Part shown: one piece after another, positions 42,901-57,983 of the stretch
How positions within the stretch are numbered: position 1 is the stretch's first letter
How the letters are laid out: every line of letters starts with the position of its first letter
Source of the DNA: the human T2T-CHM13v2.0 reference genome, Homo sapiens
DNA length: 64,000 nt
Assembly: GCF_009914755.1 (NCBI RefSeq)
Contig: NC_060937.1
Strand: one strand, 5' to 3'
The notes under the pieces: generated by a model
The model's database searches: none
The model's input: the letters and a program-made list of their open reading frames with translations, nothing else
What the model was told of the DNA's origin: nothing
Made by a program: the position numbers and the translations under genes

Positions 42901-45900
42901 TATCAAACTGTACACAGAACTCTGGGGGTATGGAGAAGGGAATGATTAATTTTGCCTGTGAAGAAAGATTGGCAAGGGGCATTGAAGGCTTCATGCAGGA
43001 GATGACATTTGAACTAAGTTTGCAGAATAAATAGAATTTCAGCATTTGGGTACGATGCCTCTGCTGAGGGTGGCAGATTAAGAAAGCACAAAGAAAGGAG
43101 TGTGACAAATAGAAAGTAGTGTAAGAAAGGGCAAAAGAGAATAAAAGCTCATGGTATGAAAAGGACAGAGGTGGCATCTGGAAGTTAAAGCACATAGTAC
43201 TTGTATCAGAAGAGTCCTATCTATGGCTAATGCTCAGCCCGGTTGACTGAGTGTAAAAAATAGATTTAAAATATTCAAAAATACCGACAAAATGTAAAAC
43301 AGAATACCAAATTCAGAAAGTGGGAAAGCACCCCTTCCCCTTCAGTTTCAAAAAATACACTTTGTATATCTGAGCTTTGAACAGGAACCACACCCTGAGG
43401 AATGAAGGGGCCTCCTCACTGAGGATAATTTTAAGTTGCTAATTGCTACCTATACCCCCTGGCATTAAACAAACAGAGCTGCCTTCACTCCTCCTAGGCT
43501 GCCCTTTGAGGAAGAACATAAGCATCTAAAAATAGAACCTCAGGGGTTTTCCCGCACATTAAAACTTCTGCCCATCCTCCCCTCCAGCCAAATCACGTTA
43601 ATCATGATGAAGACCAAAATAATCGTGCTGAATGAATGTCCAGGAGCTTAAATATTTGCTTTGGACAAATACTCTGCTTGGTGCTTTATACCCTAAATCC
43701 TCGAATTATGGAGAGGAAGCTTGCAGCCCTTAGGGAGAAGAGAGAGGCGAGGTGAAGAAAGTACAGAGATTTCAATGGCCTCTTGGACTTTTCTGTCTCC
43801 TTATGTTTTCCTGGTGTTTTAGTGGTTAGTTTTGCAGCATACAGTGCTAGGCTCTTCCCTCACACTTTATGTTTCCCCATGTGGACAGTATCTAGAGATT
43901 AATAAGGAAGGCCCACTCTGAGAGTGACCACTAGCAAGCCAGCAGTGGGGCTGACTCTCAATTTGGAATGAATGTTTGAAGAGGCTTTTCACATTTCATA
44001 GAAATGAGGATTGTGACTCTACAGAAAAAGTTGTTGTCTACAAGAAGGTCCCTTTACTCTTGGGAAGCAACTTTAGCTGTCCTCTCCTTGCTTTTTCAAA
44101 ACTCGCTTAGCTAATAAAGAGACCAACATGCTCATCTTGGATCCCAGTACCTCTCAGTGGAGAGGAATTTGGGAGGGGAGTCGGTTTGAAAGGCAAAGTG
44201 AGCTCTCGGTAGCTGAAGCTGCATAACTACACCGTCACCCCTCCATCCACCTGCTCCCAGTGCAGCAACCCTTCCTGAGGTCGCTTCAGATGTTTTCAGC
44301 TATTCCAGGTGACCATTCTTTAGCAGCACGGAGCTGTTGTTCATACTTCGAAGTGTCATCAGCCCCACATTTTCATTTTTGAGTATCCCTTTTCTGAGCA
44401 GAGACCGGTCTACTGTGGCAACATAATGCATCCAGTTAAGGCAAGAGATTGACGACTCAACACTGACCTCCACTGGTTGGCATGGAAATACCTAATCCCT
44501 TTCGTTCAATGCCTTGGCCATTTTCACGGGGTGCACAGGGAGCCCTCAGCACCTTGCACTGCACTGTTGGTTGAGATTTTACATGATTTTAAATTACCTT
44601 CCAAGGAGCATATATGTAGATTCTGGAAAACTCTGATCCAACATTGAGACCTCAGCGCGCCCTTGTACCACCACAAACCACAACATCATTTTGTTTACAC
44701 CAAGTTAGGGAGTTCAAAGTTGAATTCATGAGAATCTGAGAAATCTATGTCAATCTGTTTCCATGGTAGTGTTATTAATGACTATTCAATTGCCAATAGA
44801 TTTATTATTACCTTTTAAATGCCTCAAACTCCAATTGGCCATTGTAACCCCATTTTCAATTGGTATAATAATCTTGCCTGCAGAGAATCTGTGCCAGATG
44901 CTGTGTTGCCAATGCCTTAGTTGTCTGGAGGTGGGCAAGGAAGGCCCGCTTGGATCAGTGCCACTAAAGGTGGGCTGTGATTCTCCTCATGGGGGTAGTC
45001 AGGACTTGGAACCAGCCAGGATTTCAGGAGAGAGACAAGGCAAAATGAACAAGGGAGCCTCTATACACTAAAAAAAAAAAAAAAAAAAAAAAAAGGCACA
45101 AGCCCATTAGTTTAGTTTTCTGGGAACAGGCCTGATGCAGTTTAATCCAGAGTGGCTGGCCTCTGAGGAACTGGGCACTTGTTGATTTCAATAGAAACCC
45201 AACTGATGCTTCTCCACCCAGGAAGGTACAATCAAGTTAAGAGAGCAATTGGTGAAAGAGATTATGATTTGGAAATACCTCCCATTTGGTTCCACTAAAC
45301 AGAGTAGGTCAGAAAGAAAGAACTAAGCAAAACCATTTAATTAGTGCTCCTGACTCTCAAGAAAGCTGGAGCCAAAAATGAAATTCTTAGATAGCAAGCC
45401 CATGTTCTTCATATTGGTGTCTTCATTTAGAAAGCGACAGTACCTATGTCAACAGCTATGTTGAGAAATATTAAGCAGAAATGAAGAAAATGCAATATAT
45501 ATCAAAAATTGAATAAAATTTTCTCCATGGTTGTTCTTGTTTCAATGCCCTCAAAAACTAATTTAAATATTTTATTTAATTTTGAATAGGTCATACATAT
45601 TTGGGGTACTAAACTTGGATGGCACAAAAGGATATACACTAAAGAGTAACTCTCCCTCTTATCTCTGTCACTGAGACAACCAGTTCTCCTCACAGGAGGC
45701 GACCTGAATTACTAATTATATATGGATATTTCCAGATATGTTTTATATGTCTGTACATGTGTATATCATACATGTACATGTACTTTTTTACACAGTTGGG
45801 ACCACGCTATTTATACTTATCTGTGCCTTGTCTTTTTATCCACATAACAATAGAGCTTAAATAGGCTTCTACATTATTACATAATATATTTTCTTATTAG

Positions 45901-46404
45901 TTTTTATCACACGGCACTTCATTGTGTAATGTTTCATAATTTATTTAACCTGTTCCCTATTGATAACGTTTAGGCAGTTTCAGATTTTTACATGTATAAC
46001 CAATAGCCTAACAGGTCATTGGTACATAAATCATTTCACACATTTGCAAATACATCTGTAGGAAACATTCCTCAAATTGGAATTGCTAGGTCAAAGGTAT
46101 GTGCATTTGTCATTTTGATAGATATTGACAAATTTCCCTCAACTAAGATTGTACGAATTTATACTTTAACCATCAGTGTGTGAAACGACTCACTCTCCCC
46201 TTCCTCATGGACTCAGCATGTTATAGAATGTGTTGATCATTGTCAATCTGATGTGAAGTAATATTTTCTGATAATTTAACTTGAAATTCTCTCAACTTTA
46301 GTGAATTAATAATGCTTTGCCCTTTTTTATTAGGTTGTTAGACATTTCCTTATTGATATAATTCTCTCTATATTAGAATATTCTACATTAATAAAATTAA
46401 CCCA

Positions 46405-46757
46405 TTAAAGTGTGTCAAATATGGTAGCCACCAGCCCCATGTGGCTCTTGAACACTTGAAATGTGGCTAGTTCCAATTGTGATGCACAGTAATTATAAAA
46501 TACACACCAGATTTCTTGGAACAAAAAGGAATAGAAATATCTTATTTATAATATTTTGTATTGATTACTTATTGAAATAAAATTATTTTTGATATGACAA
46601 ATTAAATAAAACATATTACTAAAATTAATTTCTTTAATTAAAGAAAAAAGGTGATGCATTTCTTTAAAAAACAGACTTCTTTTTACTTTTTACACTAACT
46701 ACTAGAAAATTTAGAATTACACGTGTAGCTTACATTGTATTTCCATTGACAGTGCTA
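46405..46757. mobile_element. MER33/MER3 (hAT-Charlie) MITE
   Basis: aatatggtagccaccagcc..acacttgaaatgtggctag..ttgacagtgct. Confidence 0.75.
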
Positions 46758-47365
46758 GTCTACTATGTGAGCTGCAAATTTTTTGCCCAGTTTATTTTTA
46801 TATTGTCAGATTCATCAGTTTTTTGTTATGACTTCTGAGATTTGTAATGGACTTAAAGAGATCTTCCTTACTACAATACTTTTAAAACTTTTCCATGGTG
46901 GGTCCTAGTATTTTTATATTTTTATTAACGTGGAAATCTTTGATTCATCAGGAAATCATTTTGATGTAAGGTCTGAGGTTAGAATCCAATATTAATTTTT
47001 TAGAGGGCTAGAATGAACAACATTTATTAATTTCACCCTTTTCCCACTAATTGAAATGTCATCACGTCCTAAATATTTTAATGTCAGGTAGGGCTAGTAC
47101 CATGTATTTTCTATTTTTTCCCCTGAATTTTCCTGGTTATTCCTGCTTGTTTTTTTCCTTTATATGAACTTTAGAATCATATATAGACTCCCAAATTTTA
47201 TTGATATTCTTATAGGACCTGTATTAAATGTTTATATTTTTTTAGAGAGAATTGAAAACTGTCTGATACTGAGTTTCCCTCACCAAGAATATAATATACT
47301 TTTATATCTGTTCAAGTGTTCTTTTGTGTCCACAAGAGACAGTGTAATGTTGTTCGTTTTATGGG

Positions 47366-47692
<327 letters not shown>

Positions 47693-48737
47693 AGTTAAAG
47701 ATTTTACATAGGTTTTCACATCTGACAAATTTATTCTAAATATTTTCTAGTGATATTGCTATCAAAAATGAAGTATTTTCTTCTATTATGCCTTTTTTAT
47801 TTTAATATAGGAAGGATGATGATTGTATATATTTACTTTATAACCAAAGACCTAACTGAATTCCACTATTGTTCTAATATTTTTTTTCAGTTGGCTCACT
47901 TTTTATATAATAAAATTTTTACTTTTATAATCTACAAGCAATTATTATTTGTCTTTTTCTTTTCTAATTTGTATACATTTTCTTTCTCTCTTGTAAAACT
48001 GCATTGCTTAGGATGTCTAGATCAACGTCTATGAATAGTTGTGGTAGTAGACATTCTTGTCTTGTTCCTGACATTAATATAAATATTTCTGAGTTTCCTT
48101 ATAGATTATAGCACTAGCTTTTAGATTGAGATTAGTATATTGCACTAGGTTAAGGAAGTATCTATTGCCATTTATTGACAGTTTTGTTTTGTTGTTTATT
48201 TGCTTGTTTAGTAAGAATGGATGTTGGAGTTTATCAAATGTCTCTCAGCATCTAGAAACATGATTTTTAATCTATTAGTGTGGTAGAAATATATTAATAG
48301 ATTTCCTAATATTGAACCATCCTTGCATTCTAGAATAAATATAATTGCTCATGGTGTGTTAGTTTTTTAATGTGTAATTGGATTTTGTTTAATAATGCTT
48401 TATATTCATAATTTTTGTGTAATAATCCTAACAGTTATTGTTTTATTATTTTGATTTTCTTCTTCAAGAACACCAATTATGCATGTTTGATTTTTTTATA
48501 TATTTTGCATCTATCATATAACCCTTTTAAATATCTTTTTTATTTATTCTTTTTACTCATTTTTTTCTAATTCCGTCTTCCACATGTCTAGCTATGCTTT
48601 CAGCAATGCCCTGTCTTCTTTGTGCAGTTTCCTACCACTTCTCATTCAGCTTTATCGCCTTTCCTTTTTCTAGAAACCTCACCACTTTGAGGCCCAGGGA
48701 AGCACTCAGTCAAGCTGACACACCCTTATTGCTAGAG

Positions 48738-48947
48738 AACAAATATCAGCAAACTATAGCCCATTGGCTAGCTTTCTTTTTTGGGAAGTAAAGTTTTATT
48801 GGAATATAGATATGCCCATTTGTTTATTGTACATGGTTGCTTCAGCACTACAGTGGCAGAATTTGATAGTTATGGCAGAGACCATATGGCCCAGAAATTC
48901 TAAAATATTTACTATTTGGTTGTATAAGAAGTGGTTTGCTGCCCTCT
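48738..48947. mobile_element. MER58A-like MITE
   Basis: tcagcaaactatagccc..aagttttattggaa..gcagagaccatatggccc..tttgctgccc. Confidence 0.7.
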
Positions 48948-49749
48948 ATTGTAAAAACCTCCATTTACATTTCAGTATGTATCACTTAGAATTGTGCTTT
49001 TATGACTTTCTTGAAGCTCAGAATCCACAGGCATCTTCACTCTGGTACTTCCTATGTCCTATGCCACTAAGTCTTCTCTCTCTCTCATTTAAAAATCTCT
49101 GTTGTTTCCTAGTTTTACAAAGGATAAGCTTTGCATTACTGTTTTTCTTGATTCCCTTGATGTTTTGGTTGGTTTTTCTGAGATATGAATAAGAAAATAC
49201 TCACTTAGCTCTGCATGTTAAAATTGGAAGTCCTCAGATAATATTCCAAGAAATTATTTTTTATTTTCATCTTTGGTTGGTTGTTTTTTGACCATTGGAT
49301 AGAGATCTTAGCATACTAAATGTCTTTATCCTGAATATATAGAGATTTTCTCTCCTTAATTTAATGATTTTATGACTTCTGCAATTCTTTTAGTGATTAT
49401 TTAGTTCTCAATGAAGAACATAAACACAACTTTTTAAAAAACATGTATTAGTAAGGAAAAATTTGTTTTATATTTTCTATTGCCCTAAATTCTGACTCAT
49501 ATTAGACAGCTCGGAGTAATATTTAATACTTGAAACTTCACAAGTAATTACAAATAAATAAATGCTATAAATATTAAAAAATAGGAGCAATCTCAACTTT
49601 ATCCTCACATTTTTCTGCTAAGACTTATTTAGTTACATATTGGGCTTATTTTAAAATTTAACCAAAATTATTTGATCTTTAATTATGTTTTTACCTAGAA
49701 ATGTATATTTAAAAATAAAGTGTAATTCCAGTTGTATTTATACTATTCA

Positions 49750-50004
<255 letters not shown>

Positions 50005-53000
50005 TTAGTAAAGAAGTACTAAAATTAAGTGTGTTAAATGGTGTTAAGATATATATAAAAATTAATTTTTAAAGAGAGTTTAGATTGTTATCTTTAAATT
50101 TTTTTATACATTTCATAAAACATAAGTATTTCCTAATCATTAATAGGTTTTAATGAGCTTTAGTAGATGAGCAGAAATATCAGAGATATAAAATGATACT
50201 ATACCGGCTTCCTTAAGAAGCTTTCTATTATTTCTTAGAATCCTGCTTTATTCTCTTTCTTGAATTCATACATGGCATTTAAAAATCTCTTAAAGATGGT
50301 CATCAAAAACAAACAAATTTTTTAAAAGATGGTATTTGACATCTCCCCTCCCTCCTCCTGCTTCTCTCAAGCACCAGTTTCCAGGTACCACTGCCTATAA
50401 AGCCTTTTCCAAACACAAATTTAATCTTTGAGTGTTGAGGTTTTTTTGGTGTTTTTTTTTTTAAGGTAATGTATTATCCTATGCAATGATATTGAGCTTT
50501 TGACTGAGAAATTGTGAAATCAAAAGTAAAGTATAGGAATTCCTTAATGGACATTTCAAGAACTTTGAAAGGCTATTGTAAGGGGAAGAAAGAGGGAAAA
50601 TCTGTTTCAGTAGGAGACCTTCTCACCTCTTTACTCATAAGCCAGCCCGGGCATCATATGACTTCATCAGACTGCAACTTACTGTTCTCCCCTTTGTGGG
50701 GAGTGTCAAATGCTATAATAGAGTTCTCCAGTCTGAGGTCAGCGAAAGCTTCTCAAAGGAGATGATGCCTGGCTAAAGGGACTTTCTTTCTGAGAAAGGG
50801 ATCAGCATGTGCAAAGATGAAGAGGCATAAGGACTGACCAGTGGGTCACGGCAATGAGACATTTACTGCTGACCTCCAAGAGAAGACTTCCATTGAATGA
50901 GAGGAAGATCTACACTACTAATGATCAAACTGTGAGTGTTTTAGCTTTGTAGACTTATCAGGAACTTGGGAGATCAAGAAGACAGGATCAAACAGCAAAT
51001 GGAGCTTTATCAGAAATGAAGAAAAGCATTTCTCCACAGTCCTAAGCTAAACCCTTTCTGCTAGTCCCAGTTCTTATATGTGCATCAAGGCAAAAAAACA
51101 TTAATCAGAACAGGAATGTTTGATTGCTCATTCAAATTTGAAATAAGCAGCTTCCATTCTTCTAACCTTCCCTGGTGGGGCCATAACATTATCAATCAAT
51201 ATCAAGTCTGGCATATCATTGGCTATCACTATCCAGTGAGTATCTGAGGCAGCTGAAAGAAATTGGGGCATCCATGTAAGAATATTCATTTTCTATCATT
51301 ATTTACTTAAATATGTAATATATCAAGATCTGTTAGACATATTTAAGTATATATACTTATATGAGGTTGGGGGTCCCTGCAAGAAGTACCAAGTGTTTCT
51401 AGAAGAAATGTACTTGAATATAATCGCTGTATAATCACTGTGAGAACAGAGTTCCATATCTGTCCTGTACATGCTTGTCTCTAGTACCTGGAGCAGTATC
51501 TGACACAGATATGTGTTGAGTGAATGGATGAATAAATAGATAGAAGGAAGATCCTCCAACTATGAAGTTTCTTCTTTTCTTCTGCTGCTGTTGAGTAGAT
51601 GAGGGTGCCAAGAAATAAGACAGCAACACCAGGAAGAAGAACAAATTTGGGGTGAGTAGGGGTGGAAAGGATGACTGATTTATAAATTGGGTTTAGGAGC
51701 CAAGAGTTATGCTCTAGCAATTGGGTATAGTAGAAGATATTTAAATAAGAAATTGCTGATATTCTTGCAAACTGAGCTTTTCTGTAAAATCATGAGTTTA
51801 GAATTCTTTATTTCAGAAGGAAAAAAAAAAACTTAGAAAGGTCAGTTGGAACAAAAAGGGAAATTAAAAAGCCACAGAGAGAAACAACTATGGTGTCCTG
51901 GGGTACATTTAAAATAAGAAGGTACTTAAGCAAAATCATTGCGTTGAGGACATTTTCTTAAATAGGATCAATTACCAGTGTCCCAGTCAATTCCACATGT
52001 CAAGAAGCTTGTCTACCTACTTGACTGACCCAGGCCTAAAAATGATAATAGCAACTTGGTGGAGTTATCTAAAGTTTGACAACCTTTCCTCACCAACCGG
52101 CAGCCCCATAGGACATATTAATCACTGCAGTTTTTACCTTGTACCAGATATTTAGAAAGTAAAACCGAAGAAATTTATTTCCATGTGTTTTGGTTGAAAA
52201 AAAGAGACGTTTCACTCAATCTATTCCAGAAAATATAGCCACTTTGGGACTGAACATTTCTTTCCATCTTAGCCCAAAGGCAATCACATTAGGGACGTTG
52301 TATGCAATTGGGGTGATAAAAATTGAGCTGTGGTCTAACCTATTGCATAATTTTCATTCTAAAATTACTTGACGCCGGACATAATGGCCCCATCAGTCAA
52401 CCTATCATCTGGCTAGTTAAATGAAGTAAAATAACCTCAGCTGGTCTCAGAGGAGTGAGAATTCAACTGCCTGAGGGGTTGAGATTTCCTGAGAGTTTGT
52501 TCTGGATCTCTGTTGGGTCAGCCAGCATGCAATCTTACCTTCTGTCTCCACGGAAAAGCCCATTCAGGCCAAGGGAGAAGCTGCTTTAGATGAAGGCTGT
52601 AACCCAAGATGGAAACACTTAACCAGGCCAAAAACACTTTTTTCTTTTTGGTGGATCCAGTGCACAATGATTGTTCCTAATTAGGAGGTCTGACTTGAAA
52701 AGTTCTCCCCAAATGCCAGGAGAAAGTTCTCCTTAAGTGTCTTTGCAAAAAGGATACAGTGGGACAGAAAGTCAGTATTGATTTAAGGAACACAGCTGCA
52801 TAAACAATGTTCATTCACTACAAGAAGAAAATTTATAGTATTTGTCAGGGAAAAGTAAACATGTTAGGGACTCTGTTTGTGACACAGTGTCACACATGAT
52901 CCTTTGAGCCAGCAGGGACAAGAACAGATCAACAACAGAAGCAGCTTTCTCATGATGCTTGGGGTAGCACTTTTTTTTTTTTTAACCTAACCCATTTTCT

Positions 53001-54731
53001 GCTTCATATTTTAAGAGGACATTACATTCAGACCATTGATACGTCTGTGGATGTTGGGGAAAGAGAGGAAACTATAGTGATGAGTCCTCTACCATCCTCA
53101 TTCTCTATACTTTCCGGAAAAGAAATTCTGGAAAAAAAAAAAAAAAAGCTAAAAAGCTAAATTCTCTTAAGAATTTCAGTGGTTGTAGGCATTCACTCCT
53201 GAAGCTATTTTTCCCCCAGGTTTGGGATTTGGCCCAGCCTTACAGAAATGTTTTCCAGACTTTAAATTTCATGGAGAGTTAAAATTGGTTTTAAACCCAA
53301 TACAGAGTTTCCATCTTTTAATTTTACAAAGAAAGGTCATCTAAACAAAACAATATGTTTCTACCATCTATTATTACCTTTGCTTTCTATAAGATATGAA
53401 TGTTTTAATACCAAAAAGGAAAGGTAAGAAAAGCAAGGATAAAAGCCTCAAAATAAAGGATAAAGCCCAATCCTTCTCATTTAGCTATTGAAAGTTGAAG
53501 ACTATATCAGTAAGTGGCCCTGGTCCACAGACGGGCATTTGGAAATCACCGCATTAGGGGAAAGGCCACCGGGAATGTCTTGTGCCAAGGGCTGTAGAAC
53601 ACAGAGGTGTTTTGTTGTGTGTGGTTCATGCAGAGCTGTCATACCCATAGCTGTTCATCATACCCGTATCTCAGCAATCTATAAGTGTTGTTAAAGGGGC
53701 CTTGGGAGGAATTCAACTGTTGTGAATTTTTTAGTTTATTTTAAAGTTTGGCAAAATTTATATTATACATCCCTGGATTCTTAAATCTTTAAAGCCCAGT
53801 GGAATTTCAAAGAGCTTAATGATGTTTTCCTTTTAATGATCTTGACCCCAGAAATTCATTTTTAAAAGTAGTGTTACAGAGATAGAAAGTGTTCTGAACA
53901 TTTTCAGGATAACCTGTGGTACCAGTGAACATACACAGACTTCCTAGGGGTTCCATGCAGGAAAGTGTGTATGTGTGTGCTTGTATGGGTATGCATGTGT
54001 GTGCCTGCATCTGTTTGCATGTGTGTGCATGCGTGGCAGCTGGAAGCACCTACCAGGGAGAGCCCTACTTTTGCTTGTCAGGGCCCCAGAAAACTGCAAC
54101 TTATTGCTCTGACTTAAATTGGCAAACTATAAAGGTCACTTTTGGTCCTTTTTAGAAAACATCTAACCAGAAAAGGGAAGTGCAAATTAGAACAGTTTAG
54201 GCAGAAACTGAAAGTTAAGAACCGAGGGAAAGCCTTTAGAAAGAGAAGTAACCAGAGAGGTGAGAGGAAGAACACCAAGAAGAAGGAGTGCTCATATATG
54301 CCAGACTTCTTACAAGGAGTCCTCAGGCCTCCAGCAATCCATGGCTTTACTGAGAGCTTTCTCCTCTATATAGCACTCCTATCTATTAAATAGACATGCG
54401 TAAAATTGGCTAAAACCTCCTGTCCCAGAAAGGATTGTGATGATGGGCATTTCTGAGAGGGAAGTCTGCTCACCTGTGAAACGTTCCTGGCAGAACTTCT
54501 GTGGCTCAGTCCAGGAAGAAAATGGACCCATCAAATGGGTTTAGCATTGAGGCTCCCTTCCTAGCCATTGCCAGCCTTCCAGCACTAGCCACATGGCCTG
54601 CGGATGCTAAGTAGGAAAGCCTAGCTGCCCCAACAACCTGATGTGTTTTAGCTTTAGGGCCTTACAGAGGGAAGCCTGGATCAGGAGTTAGAAGAACTGG
54701 ACTTGTCTTCATATTTAAATGCCTGTAAGAT

Positions 54732-55112
<381 letters not shown>

Positions 55113-55648
55113 TCAGTAGCAGAACCTATTTTCAATAGAAATGCGATTTGAAAATCAATATAAATGCATAAATATAGAAGCAGCTTGATGGTGTGTAGAA
55201 GGGGCTGCAGGAGTGGACACTGGATCTCAGACCTGAGGGGCCCCCGTGGACACTGCTGATCCCAACTGCTCTGAGAAACTCCTCTTGAGACCTCCGGCGA
55301 AGATGCATTTCGGGTTTGACTGACATTCTTCCAGCCCTCACATCTGCTGACTCAGGGCTAGTGCTACAGAAATCCCACTTGGGTGTGCACATGTGGTTAA
55401 CATTTTCAAAGGGGAGTTTTAGTCTGTATGTAGGGTAAAGGCAAGAAAGGCCATGACAAGATCAACAGTTTACTCAAAACTAAGCCCAAGAAAAGCAGTT
55501 ATAAAGGTCCTGTCTCCATGCATCTGAGGTGTAGCACAGCCCCTACCACAGTTATGTCTGCAGAGGGGCATAAACTTCAGTCTATAAAAACAAACAGCTT
55601 TACATCAATCACAATTAGGATTCAGGGTGTTACTTGTTGATATATGTG

Positions 55649-55708
55649 AATAGTTACATATAGCTATATATGTATAAATAGTTACATATAGCTATATATG
55701 TATAAATC
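55649..55708. repeat. AT-rich 28-bp tandem duplication
   Basis: aatagttacatatagctatatatgtata occurs twice; each unit is nearly self-complementary. Confidence 0.85.
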
Positions 55709-55936
55709 CAGTTATACATATGTATGTATATGTATAAGTCTTCTCAGTAAAGCCATAGGTAAATAAATATTTAAAGTAATGGAGGAAATTCTTAACATGA
55801 AAGTAGCAAAGACTGTAGAATGACAGAAAAAAAAAAAACTCTAAAAATTAAAACTTCTGCTTAAGGTTTGATTTGAGCTGTTGCCTTTGAAAACCCAAAT
55901 GGTCCGAAAAGATAAAACACCAAATAAATTTCTTTT

Positions 55937-56056
55937 AAGCCCACAGCACCCGTTATTCCCACGTGATCCCTTATTCAGATACTAACCAGGCCCGCCCCAG
56001 CTTAGCTTTCAAGATCAGATGGAACCAGACACGTTCAAGGTGGTATGGCGGTAGAC
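55937..56056 (-). pseudogene. 5S rRNA pseudogene (RNA5SP type)
   Basis: Reverse complement GTCTACCGCCATACCACCTTGAACGTGTC..GCTAAGCTGGGGCGGGCCTGGTTAGTA..GGGAATAACGGGTGCTGTGGGCTT is a full-length 120-nt 5S with many substitutions; solitary, with an A-rich 3' flank. Confidence 0.95.
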
Positions 56057-57249
56057 TAAGATTTTTCTGACTAATGCATGGATACCAGAACTCTCTGGTG
56101 TCTAGTTTGAGAGCTGTGTCATATGAAATATATACTTACATTGATCTATGTGAGTTTCACTAAAATGCTGTAAGCTTCAGGAAGGATGACTGAGAGTTTA
56201 AATTTCCTTCCTTACATCACTAAAAAACTCTGTAATTTGTTTGAGACTTTTTATATCCAATATATATACACTTAGATAACTGATAGAGGTCTTTGCTTTA
56301 AACATCGAAGTGATAACCCTGGAATTATATGGTAAAATAAACAAGTGCTATGTTTTATGGCTCAGCTTAGGAAATACCATGCATTATTTTTCAATAGTTC
56401 TGTTTTCCACAGTGTATTTATTTCTTATAAATTATACAAATTTCCCTCTGATTAGATTGAAATAGAGATTCTAGGAGATTTTTTCCATAAAAGCATTATT
56501 ATCTACTTTAAAAATAAAGAGCAAATGTCATTTTTTGATCTTTGAAATAATTAACTCATTTATATTAAGGAGACTGAGCTTCCGTATTTCATGGCTAGAA
56601 TAACAAAAAAGAAATCACAAAAATGGCATTTTAAGCAATATATATATTTTAAATTGGATCAAATTCAACATGGTAATTTTTAAATTAGTGAGGGATTACC
56701 AATCTCACCTGATAGATCAAATAAGCAGTATATTTTAGTCTGAACTCCAGAAAAATGCATTAGAAACGTGAAAGGCTGGTTCTGTGTCTATTTGAGTGAA
56801 GTCATTGTCACCACTACAATATTTTAAGGGATCTCTTGTGAAGTGAAAATGTGGGAAATAACTTAAAAGTCAGACCCACACTTGGAAATATTCAGCTCAT
56901 GCCATTTGTGATATGGGTTTGGGAAAGAGAAGTCCACATATAGACGTTCATTCTGTCAGACCAAGGTGAGAGAATGCTTGCTTTCACTTCAACCACTTAG
57001 ATGAAGATTTTGATAATAGTCATTTTTTAATATAGAGCTTACCAACTTCATGGCATTATTCAGGTATGAACATTGCCAACAGATTTCACAAAAACAGTTT
57101 TATTTAGGAAATGAACTTTGGAAAGAAGAAAGTGAAAAAAATAGAAGTTGACTCCATGATTCCTTAGCTCTCCTCTACAAGGTAATCCAGTCTCAGTCCG
57201 GAAGCCAGAATCAATGCTGATAAAATGCTGAGCAACCCAGACGAATCAT

Positions 57250-57332
57250 CTATCCACCCATCCATCCATCCATCCATCCATCTATCCATTCACCCAGGCA
57301 GCCAGCCAGCCAGCCGTCCACTCACTCACTCA
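57250..57332. repeat. Compound microsatellite (TCCA)n-(GCCA)n-(CTCA)n
   Basis: Tetranucleotide runs read directly. Confidence 0.85.
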
Positions 57333-57554
57333 TATTTTTAGAGGAACTAAAGAGTCTAGTTCCTGTGACTAAGTTGAGTTTTAGTTTATTTATATAAATT
57401 ATGTTGTTTCAACAACAAACTAATAATAATGAACAATAATACCTAGCATATTGATAGTTTGGATAGTTACAATCCAATTGTAAGTAATGATTACATGTCT
57501 AACATTAGACAAAGAAACAAAAAGAACATAAAGAACCCAATTGGGCCAACCAAC

Positions 57555-57698
57555 ATGGCTGTGGGGAATCAAGGTTCTGTATCTTGATTGTGGTGGTAGT
57601 TATACAAATCTATACACTACATAGAACTACACACACACACACACACACTCGCATGAAAACTGATGAAAACAGTTTTCATCAGTTTTTACATGTATTCA

Positions 57699-57745
<47 letters not shown>

Positions 57746-57983
57746 TTCTATGCAATTTAATCCTGTGTATGTACTGTACTAATCCAGTTAACAGTACTGT
57801 ACCAATGTAAGTTTCCTGGTTTTGCTATTGTACTACAGTCATACAAGTTATCGTCATTTGGGTTGGGTGAAGAATTCATCAGACTCCATGTACTAGATTT
57901 TGCCACTATGAATCTATAATCTGTGAATAATTTATGAACAGAATCTATAAATCTATAATTCTATTTAAATAAAAGGTAAAAAA
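57555..57983 (+). mobile_element. L1MC/L1MD-like 3' end containing an inverted duplication
   Basis: gttctgtatcttgattgtggtggtagttatac..tgtaccaatgtaagtttcctggttttg..aataaaagg. Confidence 0.75.
57620..57770. repeat. Fold-back palindrome with (CA)9 and (TG)19 arms
   Basis: Core aaaactgatgaaaac-a-gttttcatcagtttt (57656-57686); outer arms catagaacta and tagttctatg. Confidence 0.95.

Noticed and set aside
44321-44330. TAGCAGCACG, matching the miR-16 5' end
   Set aside because: Only 10 nt match; the remaining mature sequence and precursor stem are absent
55937-56056. Functional 5S rRNA gene
   Set aside because: Solitary, many substitutions, no terminator or 5S repeat-unit flanks
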